Source of the DNA: a virus
Lineage: Duplodnaviria > Caudoviricetes
DNA: 64,000 nt
Reading direction: 5' to 3' (one strand)
Virus record (IMG/VR): IMGVR_UViG_3300032038_000021
Span: 54,901 to 118,900 of that record
The stretch's first letter is position 1. Every line of letters starts with the position of its first letter. Positions 1 to 6,592 of this stretch are shown here, in pieces. The notes under the pieces were generated by a model. It saw only the letters and a list, made by a program, of their open reading frames with translations, made no database searches and was not told where the DNA came from. A program made the translations under genes and the position numbers.

Positions 1-2
1 CT

Positions 3-641
3 CCCGATGAAGAGCAAAAGATATTCATAGATAGTATATACGATCCAGATACTATAGTGACTTTATGTGATTCTAGAGCTGGTTGCGGTAAAACTTTAAT
101 TAGTTTAGCTACAGCTAATATTATGGTTAAACGTTATGGATTATATGAAGGAATAGTATACTTAATGTCTCCTTGTGCCGATAAATTAGGTTATCTTCCG
201 GGTAATTTAGAAGAGAAAACAGCACCTTATATGAGACCTCTTATAGATGCTATGCTTACTATAGGATTGAACCCGGATACTTGTTTAAAATTAGATTCTA
301 ATATACAAGCATTAAAGAACGGTACTACTTATATAGAATTTTATACAGATACATATATGAGAGGATGTAATCTAGAAAATAAAGTAGTAATTATAGATGA
401 AGCTCAGAACTTTCCGTTTAACGAATTAAAAAAGGTGTTAACAAGAGTGAAAGATAGCTGTAAAGTTATCATAATTGGGCATCAGGGACAATGTGATTTA
501 CGAAATAAGAAAGATTCAGGATTTTCCGTATATTTAGACGCGTTTAAAGAAATAATAGACGATAAGCGTGTTAAAATATGCTATCTTAAAACTAACCATA
601 GAGGATGGTTCAGTAACTTCTGTGATAATGTAAATAGATAA
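3..641 (+). CDS. phoH: PhoH-family ATPase, 5' partial (frame is open from the window start)
   Basis: Walker A-like RAGCGKT, LGYLPG.LEEK..PY, YMRG.NL, IIDEAQN and G..Q.DL motifs typical of PhoH; the frame extends upstream of 57 (PDEEQKIFIDSI). Confidence 0.92.
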   Translation, partial: PDEEQKIFIDSIYDPDTIVTLCDSRAGCGKTLISLATANIMVKRYGLYEGIVYLMSPCADKLGYLPGNLEEKTAPYMRPLIDAMLTIGLNPDTCLKLDSNIQALKNGTTYIEFYTDTYMRGCNLENKVVIIDEAQNFPFNELKKVLTRVKDSCKVIIIGHQGQCDLRNKKDSGFSVYLDAFKEIIDDKRVKICYLKTNHRGWFSNFCDNVNR

Positions 642-646
642 ATAAC

Positions 647-673
647 GGAGATAGGGATATATTCCCTATCTCC
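647..673. terminator. Intrinsic terminator hairpin between phoH and the convergent cassette array
   Basis: GGAGATAGGGA-tatat-TCCCTATCTCC, 11-bp stem flanked by A and T tracts. Confidence 0.85.
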
Positions 674-682
674 ATATTTTTA

Positions 683-1048
683 TCAATATAAAGGTGCAAT
701 AAATATAGAATACAAATGTTCTGGGCCTGTGTGAACATTACCACAATATGTATGTATTTCTAAACTACTATTTATATATAATGTAAGATCTTGTTGATTA
801 TCGTTTCTGTTTATCATACAAATTGGATAATCAAAGGTTGTACGATATTGAGGTCTTATTACACTACTTGAATTTATACCACAAACAGTATTGTTTTGAT
901 ATGTAGCTCCAGATTTCATTTTTATAATAGAAAAGAAAATACCAAGCTTCACTAATGGGTTATAAGTGCAAAACATTTCTGTTGTATTGTCTACCAAATT
1001 GGTATTTACGGAAATAGTAATTGCTGTATGCTTCCACGACTTATCATC
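683..1048 (-). CDS. Silent tail-tip cassette C17 (start-less; DDKSWKHTAI...IFIAPLY*)
   Basis: Open frame from GATGAT at 1048, preceded by TAACCGATT; no RBS; beta-rich RBP-head-like sequence. Confidence 0.75.
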   Translation of the reverse strand, partial: DDKSWKHTAITISVNTNLVDNTTEMFCTYNPLVKLGIFFSIIKMKSGATYQNNTVCGINSSSVIRPQYRTTFDYPICMINRNDNQQDLTLYINSSLEIHTYCGNVHTGPEHLYSIFIAPLY

Positions 1049-1063
1049 AATCGGTTAAAAATT

Positions 1064-1336
1064 TTATTTAATCTGAATCCATTTACTAGTCCAATTACCA
1101 TTACCATATTTAAATCTAAAAAACAAACTAGCAGATTCATATTCTCTAATAGCTATTTGTATTGAATACGTTGATTTCAAAACAATTAATACTCCACCAG
1201 TAAAAACTGTTGGAAAATTATTTCCGGCAGTACCTACACAATACACACCAGAATCATTAATAGAATTAGCATCTATGTTATTTTTTATATCTTGTATAAA
1301 AGGTATTCTAGTTTGTCCAAACTCATCCACATCATC
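1064..1336 (-). CDS. Silent tail-tip cassette C16, pyocin-knob-like (DDVDEFGQ...WTSKWIQIK*)
   Basis: Starts at GATGAT; DAN...SGVY...NFP...LIV...QIA...FR...W..W pattern of tail fibre knob domains. Confidence 0.78.
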   Translation of the reverse strand, partial: DDVDEFGQTRIPFIQDIKNNIDANSINDSGVYCVGTAGNNFPTVFTGGVLIVLKSTYSIQIAIREYESASLFFRFKYGNGNWTSKWIQIK

Positions 1337-1363
1337 ATGCGTTATATTAATAATTATATATCA

Positions 1364-1684
1364 TTAGCTTGCCGGTGGTACAAGAGTAAAAATACAAAAA
1401 TTATACTGTTTTCCTACTGTTATTGTAGAATCATGTTTAAAAGTGCTTAACCTATAATCACTAGCCCAAGCTTTTATTAGATTACCATTTGTACTATCCC
1501 TTATTAATATTCCTTGTACCGGAAATTTAAAGTTGTTGGGTAAGTTAAATGTAATTTCGTCTGTATCTGTAGAACTTGCAATAAAAACTCCATATACAAA
1601 TCCAATATATTTAGTATAAACAATTTTAACAACGGTATTAGATCTATTTGTACTAACTGAAGCTGAATGAAAGCTATTATCATC
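1364..1684 (-). CDS. Silent tail-tip cassette C15 (DDNSFHSASV...FTLVPPAS*), absent from the ORF track
   Basis: Manual translation gives 106 sense codons from GATGAT at 1684 to TAA at 1364; FNLPNNFKFP resembles RBP head domains. Confidence 0.75.
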   Translation of the reverse strand, partial: DDNSFHSASVSTNRSNTVVKIVYTKYIGFVYGVFIASSTDTDEITFNLPNNFKFPVQGILIRDSTNGNLIKAWASDYRLSTFKHDSTITVGKQYNFCIFTLVPPAS

Positions 1685-1710
1685 AATCGTTATAAAAATA
1701 TAAATTTATT

Positions 1711-2019
1711 TTACGATGCTTTATACCAAAGACTAAGTACATTAATACTAGGAATAACTAATTGATTTGAAAAATTATAAAGAAATACACTACCAATGTA
1801 AATATCATTGGTTCTTATTGACACACCTGCACAATGAAATATTATGCCGTTATCTATATAATCACTTGGAATAACTGAAGCATGTATTGGTTTATAATTG
1901 GTTTCGGTTATTGCAGTACAAAATACATTAGCTTTAGAATTTGCCGGTACACCACTAAAGGTATTAGGTATTATTTGAGTTTTCTTTGTTTTATAAATTC
2001 TTATAAAATTTTCATCATC
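1711..2019 (-). CDS. Silent tail-tip cassette C14 (DDENFIRIYK...LWYKAS*)
   Basis: GATGATGAA junction; NYKPIHASV resembles GYKPIAIAG in the tip currently on the master gene. An ATG lies two codons upstream but has no RBS. Confidence 0.75.
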   Translation of the reverse strand, partial: DDENFIRIYKTKKTQIIPNTFSGVPANSKANVFCTAITETNYKPIHASVIPSDYIDNGIIFHCAGVSIRTNDIYIGSVFLYNFSNQLVIPSINVLSLWYKAS

Positions 2020-2036
2020 GTTCATTTTGCAAGAAA

Positions 2037-2336
2037 TTACAATTTTTTCCAACTGGACCAAGACGCAAGATCTGAAGTTCCTCTAATAGCAATTCCACCT
2101 CCTTTATACTCTAATGCTAGTTGCGTACAATGTGATCTAATAACTCTAATTACAATTAAATATATGGTTGGATAAGGTATGTTTAAAATAGTACCACCAC
2201 CAGCTGTATTAAGCCAATATATACCAGTTTCAGTTGCTTGATTTATATTTGTTATAGTAGTATAATCTCTTTTATATATTATATTATGATAATTTGCTGC
2301 TTCTTTAACTCTATTTCTAAACGAGCTATCATCATC
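2037..2336 (-). CDS. Silent tail-tip cassette C13, pyocin-knob-like (DDDSSFRNRV...WSSWKKL*), absent from the ORF track
   Basis: Manual translation gives 99 sense codons; NINQATETGIYW...NIP...LIV...QLA...IR...WSSWKKL knob pattern; no in-frame ATG. Confidence 0.78.
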   Translation of the reverse strand, partial: DDDSSFRNRVKEAANYHNIIYKRDYTTITNINQATETGIYWLNTAGGGTILNIPYPTIYLIVIRVIRSHCTQLALEYKGGGIAIRGTSDLASWSSWKKL

Positions 2337-2425
2337 TTATATTATATTATTTTTAATTTATTATAGCATACACAGTATAATAAATTTTGTAGTTGTATTA
2401 TCTTTTATCATACTGGAGGTTTATT

Positions 2426-2914
2426 ATGCTTGACGTTAAATTAACAGTTTCTGCACCGTGGTTTATTCATTATCGTAAGCTTCAGGCTATGTTCCTTGAA
2501 GATCCTCAGGTAACAGTAAAGTTTGATCAGGATAATTATGAAGTTAAGTTGTATGTAGATGATGCTGATAAGGCAGAAGCTCTTGGAAAGATTCTTAGGA
2601 ATAGTATTGATTATGGTACTATTACCCTTAAGGTTACTGTAATTCCTCCGAATTATACCGATACTAATATTAGAGATCTTTATGAAAAGGCTTTGGAAGG
2701 AAATGGAGCGGTTTCTGATTACCTTACCAATCAGGTTATTGGTAAGAATTATGTAATCTTTAAGAATGAAGTAGTTCAGTACTTTAGCGATGATCTCAGT
2801 AAGGCTAATAGTGTAACTTCTACTTTGTATGAAAATATTGCTGAAGATATATTTATTGATAGAGCTGAAATGGGTTATTCTACTGAGCTTGGAGAGAATG
2901 TGATTAGAGATTAA
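2426..2914 (+). CDS. Hypothetical phage protein (162 aa) embedded in the cassette array
   Basis: GGAGG RBS before ATG at 2426, ACA-N6-TAAA motif at 2371-2384 and a downstream terminator. Confidence 0.8.
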   Translation: MLDVKLTVSAPWFIHYRKLQAMFLEDPQVTVKFDQDNYEVKLYVDDADKAEALGKILRNSIDYGTITLKVTVIPPNYTDTNIRDLYEKALEGNGAVSDYLTNQVIGKNYVIFKNEVVQYFSDDLSKANSVTSTLYENIAEDIFIDRAEMGYSTELGENVIRD

Positions 2915-2921
2915 TAATATA

Positions 2922-2950
2922 AAATCCCAGTGAATTATTCACTGGGATTT
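2922..2950. terminator. Bidirectional intrinsic terminator
   Basis: AATCCCAGTGAA-tta-TTCACTGGGATT hairpin between convergent frames. Confidence 0.85.
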
Positions 2951-2971
2951 ATTTTTATAATTTATAATATA

Positions 2972-3256
2972 TTATGTAAAATTTATAACAGTCCAGTTGG
3001 TCCAACCACTAGATGAATGTCTCCTTCTATACATTTTTGCATTACGCATAGAGAATGCTATTTGTAGTACATCTTCACCCATTCTTATACTTAATACAGC
3101 AATAAATGATTCGGGAGCATTATTAATATTAGCACCAAAATAGTATAATCCAGAGTTAGCTGTGAGATTATTTAAATCTGTAAATCCTGCATTGCCTACA
3201 TTAGGCAATATTCCAACTGCATTTGTAAGTATTTCTGTCTTAGAATCCAGATCATC
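2972..3256 (-). CDS. Silent tail-tip cassette C12, pyocin-knob-like (DDLDSKTEIL...WTNWTVINFT*)
   Basis: GATGAT junction preceded by AACTCGATT; DLNNL..SGLY...NAP...LQIAF...MY.R...W..W pattern. Confidence 0.8.
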   Translation of the reverse strand, partial: DDLDSKTEILTNAVGILPNVGNAGFTDLNNLTANSGLYYFGANINNAPESFIAVLSIRMGEDVLQIAFSMRNAKMYRRRHSSSGWTNWTVINFT

Positions 3257-3268
3257 AATCGAGTTTTA

Positions 3269-3469
3269 TTATTTAGTCCAAATTGTATCCCACTCTGTTC
3301 CATTAAACCATCTGTACATTATATTTTTATTATTAAATACAAGCGAATATACATGACTAGTCGAATTCGAATTCAAATGCAAATTTATCCAATGTGTATC
3401 TCCTGTATTATTAGTACCAAATGCTATTTTATTAGTACGATTAAACTCGAATTTCGAGTTTAATTCATC
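3269..3469 (-). CDS. Silent tail-tip cassette C11 (DELNSKFEFN...EWDTIWTK*), absent from the ORF track
   Basis: Manual translation gives 66 sense codons from GATGAA at 3469. Confidence 0.7.
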   Translation of the reverse strand, partial: DELNSKFEFNRTNKIAFGTNNTGDTHWINLHLNSNSTSHVYSLVFNNKNIMYRWFNGTEWDTIWTK

Positions 3470-3978
3470 ATAAGGCTACAAGTATAATATTCAAAATACG
3501 CGTACATTATTTAAAGTGGTTGTTAATGCTTTTTCGGCTGAAACAAAAAGATGGATTGATACTCACCATATTTTGTCACTGTCATTTCAGTGTCGACTTT
3601 TATATCTATATAACCTGTTTTTCTTGAGTTTTAATTTATAAGATAACAAAAAGACCCATAATACATTTTATTTGGCTGATATTGTTCTCTTGCAAAAAAA
3701 CCCGAATCGTCATAAAAACCCATTACAGAATAACTATCAGCAGATGGAGTAAGATAAACTCTACCTGCTAGTCCTGGAATATATCCTGTTGGAAATTGAA
3801 AAATGCTAATATTGGGACTGGTGCTATAACTAGCTATGTTAGAACCAGTATGTAATGCAAAATGACAAATTCCAATTCTTTTGTATTTTAGACAAACTAA
3901 ATTTAAAGAAGCATTGGTATTAGTATAATTTCCATTTAAAGCTGTTGTTCCTGGTTTGTTTATACTATCATAATCATC
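3470..3978 (-). repeat. Copy 2 of the duplicated cassette unit (C10 plus trailing spacer)
   Basis: Highly similar to 5561-6080; homology starts at one junction motif and ends at the next. Confidence 0.9.
3631..3978 (-). CDS. Silent tail-tip cassette C10 (DDYDSINKPG...GSFCYLIN*), paralogue of C7, absent from the ORF track
   Basis: 115 sense codons from GATGAT at 3978; IFQFPTGYIP RBP-head-like motif. Confidence 0.8.
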   Translation of the reverse strand, partial: DDYDSINKPGTTALNGNYTNTNASLNLVCLKYKRIGICHFALHTGSNIASYSTSPNISIFQFPTGYIPGLAGRVYLTPSADSYSVMGFYDDSGFFAREQYQPNKMYYGSFCYLIN

Positions 3979-4014
3979 ATAATCTTCTGAAAATTAATTT
4001 ATTAAATATAAATA

Positions 4015-4029
4015 TAATAATATACTATA
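4015..4029 (+). promoter_or_regulatory. Putative early phage promoter motif TAATAATATACTATA
   Basis: Identical 15-mer also at 11985-11999(+), 52003-52017(-) and 61454-61468(-), each just upstream of a gene start. Confidence 0.65.
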
Positions 4030-4049
4030 TTTATAAGGAGGTAAAATAT

Positions 4050-4376
4050 ATGAATTTATCTATTGTACGTACTGTAGATGAGATGTATAACTATATAGAC
4101 ATTATCTTTAATACTGCTTTATCTAATAAAGCTGATAGAATCGTGTTTCTTAATACTTATAATAATCAGTCCAGTTTAAAAGCTAATAGATTTGTTGCAA
4201 ATTATTTGAAACAAGATACTTACGGTAATGAAACTGTAATATCTATGTATGATAATATGTTGGAGATTGATAATATTAATATACTATATAAAGCTATAAA
4301 TAAATTTAAAGAAAAATATAATAATATTCCAATAGAAGTTTGGACTGATTATAGTACCGGTAAAGTGTATTGGTAA
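4050..4376 (+). CDS. Hypothetical protein (108 aa)
   Basis: AAGGAGG RBS before ATG at 4050; the upstream extension in the ORF track overlaps cassette C10 and is unlikely. Confidence 0.75.
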   Translation: MNLSIVRTVDEMYNYIDIIFNTALSNKADRIVFLNTYNNQSSLKANRFVANYLKQDTYGNETVISMYDNMLEIDNINILYKAINKFKEKYNNIPIEVWTDYSTGKVYW

Positions 4377-4400
4377 GTTTTATAAATAGGAGAATATAAT

Positions 4401-4718
4401 ATGAGTAATAAATTAGGGGATAAAATATTAAAATTATGTAAACAAAAAGGACTAAAGCAAAGAGATTTAGCAGATAAAATAGGAGTTACTGAAGTCAGTG
4501 TGAGTAGATATATTCGTGGTACTAGAATTCCTAATGCTAATATACTAAAGAAGATGGCTGAAGTATTAGAAGTTAGTGTTGGAGAAATCTTAGGAGAGAA
4601 AGATAAAACAGAAGAAGAGAGTGAGAAATTTGATAGTGCTTATAATACTATAAAAGAAATAAAAGATAAACTTACTGTAGAAGAGAAAATGAAAATAGTA
4701 AGATTATTATTTATATAA
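4401..4718 (+). CDS. XRE/Cro-C1 family helix-turn-helix transcriptional regulator
   Basis: LGDKI..L...KGLKQRDLADKIGVTEVSVSRYIRGTRIP...LKKMAEVLEVSV HTH_3 pattern. Confidence 0.92.
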   Translation: MSNKLGDKILKLCKQKGLKQRDLADKIGVTEVSVSRYIRGTRIPNANILKKMAEVLEVSVGEILGEKDKTEEESEKFDSAYNTIKEIKDKLTVEEKMKIVRLLFI

Positions 4719-4752
4719 TGATCTTAAGTTGATTTATTGTGAATAATATAAA

Positions 4753-4779
4753 CCCGTAGAGTATTATTACTCTACGGGT
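4753..4779. terminator. Intrinsic terminator
   Basis: ACCCGTAGAGTA-tta-TTACTCTACGGGT hairpin after the XRE gene. Confidence 0.85.
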
Positions 4780-4849
4780 AAATAAATCATAATTATCTAT
4801 AATATTATTTATTTTTTAGTTCGGTTCATGATTTTTATCTGTAGAAGGA

Positions 4850-5004
4850 TTAGAGGATGATTTTAGCAAGAAGTACCACACCATGAATGGGACTCGAAAA
4901 GTCAAAAGTGCTGATATATCCTAATTCGGTGACACAATAGGCTTGGGATTCGTTATATCTAGCACTTGTCCAATACGAAAATCCATTATTTCTTAGATAA
5001 ATAT
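4850..5004 (-). pseudogene. Truncated tip-cassette remnant (…YWTSARYNESQAYCVTELGY…HGVVLLAKIIL*), C-type-lectin-like C-terminus
   Basis: Short open frame directly behind C9 with no junction motif; YWTS...A..V...G......GV resembles the end of CLec-fold domains. Confidence 0.45.
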
Positions 5005-5298
5005 TTATTGTGTTTGTCCAAATGCAATAATTTGACAATATACTGTTATTACTGTGCTATAAGAATTATGTACCTTTATCTTACAATAAGTTGATATACT
5101 CTGTAAAATAATAGTATCTATAAATTGTGGATTAATATTTGCTATAGTTGATAATGCTATATAAGGTGTCGATTTAAATTTAGCAGTAGAATAGTTTATA
5201 ATTATTTCATTATAACCATTTGCATTAACTGATTCACTTGCACCACCACTATATATTTTTGGGTTTGAATATTGTTCATTGATAACAGCATCATCATC
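5005..5298 (-). CDS. Silent tail-tip cassette C9, H-type-lectin/gp53-like (DDDAVINEQY...IIAFGQTQ*)
   Basis: GATGATGAT junction preceded by AAAAC; KIYSG...I.Y..AKFKSTPYI...IIAFG pattern. Confidence 0.75.
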   Translation of the reverse strand, partial: DDDAVINEQYSNPKIYSGGASESVNANGYNEIIINYSTAKFKSTPYIALSTIANINPQFIDTIILQSISTYCKIKVHNSYSTVITVYCQIIAFGQTQ

Positions 5299-5308
5299 GT
5301 TTTTAATT

Positions 5309-5560
5309 TTATTTATTATAGTATATAAAAGATACTTTAACACGCGTATCTGTCATTTTTTGATTATTATCTAACCTATATACATATATTTCATAATAAC
5401 CAGTATTATTATTTGTTGAGATAATACAATTTAAACCACCCCAATTATACGAATAAGCAGTTAATATATAAGAATTATACATATTAAGATTACTAATACT
5501 TATAACTCCAGTATTTGTATTCGTAACAGTAGAAGCTTTTAAAAAACCAACCAGATCATC
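5309..5560 (-). CDS. Silent tail-tip cassette C8 (DDLVGFLKAS...VSFIYYNK*), absent from the ORF track
   Basis: 83 sense codons from GATGAT at 5560. Confidence 0.72.
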   Translation of the reverse strand, partial: DDLVGFLKASTVTNTNTGVISISNLNMYNSYILTAYSYNWGGLNCIISTNNNTGYYEIYVYRLDNNQKMTDTRVKVSFIYYNK

Positions 5561-6080
5561 ATAAGGCTATGAGTATAATATTCAAATACCCGTACAGCAT
5601 TAAAGTAGTTGTTAATGCTTTTCCGACTGAAACAAAAAGATGGATTGATATCAACTCATATTTTGTCACTGTCATTTCAGTGTCGACTTTTATATCTATA
5701 TAACCTGTTTTTCTTGAGTTTTAATTTCTTTATACCTCAACAAGATAACAAAAAGACCCATAATAATCATTATTTGGTTTATATTGTTCTCTTGCATAAA
5801 AATTCGCATTATCAAACCAACCCATTACAGAATAACTATCAGTAGATGGAGCAAGATAAACTCTACCTGCTAATGTTGGAATATATCCTGTTGGAAAACT
5901 AAAAATGCTAATATTGGGACTGGTGCTATAACTAGCTATGTTAGAACCAGTATGTAACTTAAAATGACAGATTCCAATTCTTTTGTATTTCACACAAACT
6001 AAATTTAAAGAAGCATTGGTATTAGTATATTTTCCATTTAAAGCTGTTGTTCCTGGTTTGTCTATACTATTATAATCATC
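5561..6080 (-). repeat. Copy 1 of the duplicated cassette unit (C7 plus trailing spacer)
   Basis: Highly similar to 3470-3978, including the ~165 bp spacer ending GCCTTAT|GATGA. Confidence 0.9.
5730..6080 (-). CDS. Silent tail-tip cassette C7 (DDYNSIDKPG...GSFCYLVEV*)
   Basis: The ORF 5730..5993 frame extends without stops to GATGATGAT at 6083-6075. Confidence 0.8.
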   Translation of the reverse strand, partial: DDYNSIDKPGTTALNGKYTNTNASLNLVCVKYKRIGICHFKLHTGSNIASYSTSPNISIFSFPTGYIPTLAGRVYLAPSTDSYSVMGWFDNANFYAREQYKPNNDYYGSFCYLVEV

Positions 6081-6142
6081 ATCTGTCTTTTTAGGCTAAT
6101 ACATATCCTTATACATATAGATAATCCTCTGTATAAAAATAT

Positions 6143-6167
6143 TCCAGTAGGATTCTTCCTACTGGGA
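6143..6167. terminator. Hairpin of the terminator family, upstream of the nrd operon
   Basis: TCCAGTAGGA-ttct-TCCTACTGGGA. Confidence 0.65.
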
Positions 6168-6270
6168 TTTAATAAATTTAAGACTATTATATTACTTTAT
6201 TTTGTATAGATTTTATCTTCATGATACTATATGATCGATTTGGTCGATTATAATAATGTTTGATTTCCAA

Positions 6271-6284
6271 AACACTTGTATAAT
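6271..6284 (+). promoter_or_regulatory. Putative phage RNAP promoter AACA-N6-TAAT
   Basis: AACACTTGTATAAT upstream of the nrdH-like gene; matches the AR9-type late consensus AACA-N6-TA and also contains a TATAAT box. Confidence 0.55.
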
Positions 6285-6342
6285 CTTCCTATATTAGTTA
6301 TATTTATATGGGATTTTATTAATTATTTTCTAGGAGGTATCC

Positions 6343-6561
6343 ATGAATAACGTTATTCTCTATTCAAGCAATTGTCCCCGTTGTGTTATACTAGAAACTA
6401 AATTGAAACAGAAGAATATTAATTTTTCTATTAAGAATTCTGAAGATGATTTAAATAAATTATTTGAAGAAGGCTTTAGAGAAATGCCTGTATTAGAAGT
6501 AGATAATACTAAATATACTTTTGGTGAAGCTGTAAAATTGGTAAATAATTATTCGGAGTAA
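6343..6561 (+). CDS. Glutaredoxin/NrdH-like redoxin
   Basis: LYSSNCPRC (CxxC), GFREMPVLEV; RBS AGGAGG; directly upstream of nrdD. Confidence 0.88.
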   Translation: MNNVILYSSNCPRCVILETKLKQKNINFSIKNSEDDLNKLFEEGFREMPVLEVDNTKYTFGEAVKLVNNYSE

Positions 6562-6592
6562 AATTTATACAGAATAGGAGTTTGTAATAGTA

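Noticed and set aside
1504-1686. ORF starting at the TTG/ATG inside the junction motif
   Set aside because: The ATG in ATGATGA is out of frame with the tip domain and lacks an RBS; the GAT frame (1364-1684) is longer and protein-like.
3945-4049. Upstream extension of the 4050-4376 ORF
   Set aside because: It overlaps cassette C10 and the promoter motif; the strong RBS precedes ATG 4050.
3470-6080. C7/C10 duplication as a DGR template/variable repeat pair
   Set aside because: Substitutions affect all bases in both directions (GTG/CTA, TGG/TTT, GCT/ACT), not only adenines, and no reverse transcriptase is present in the window.
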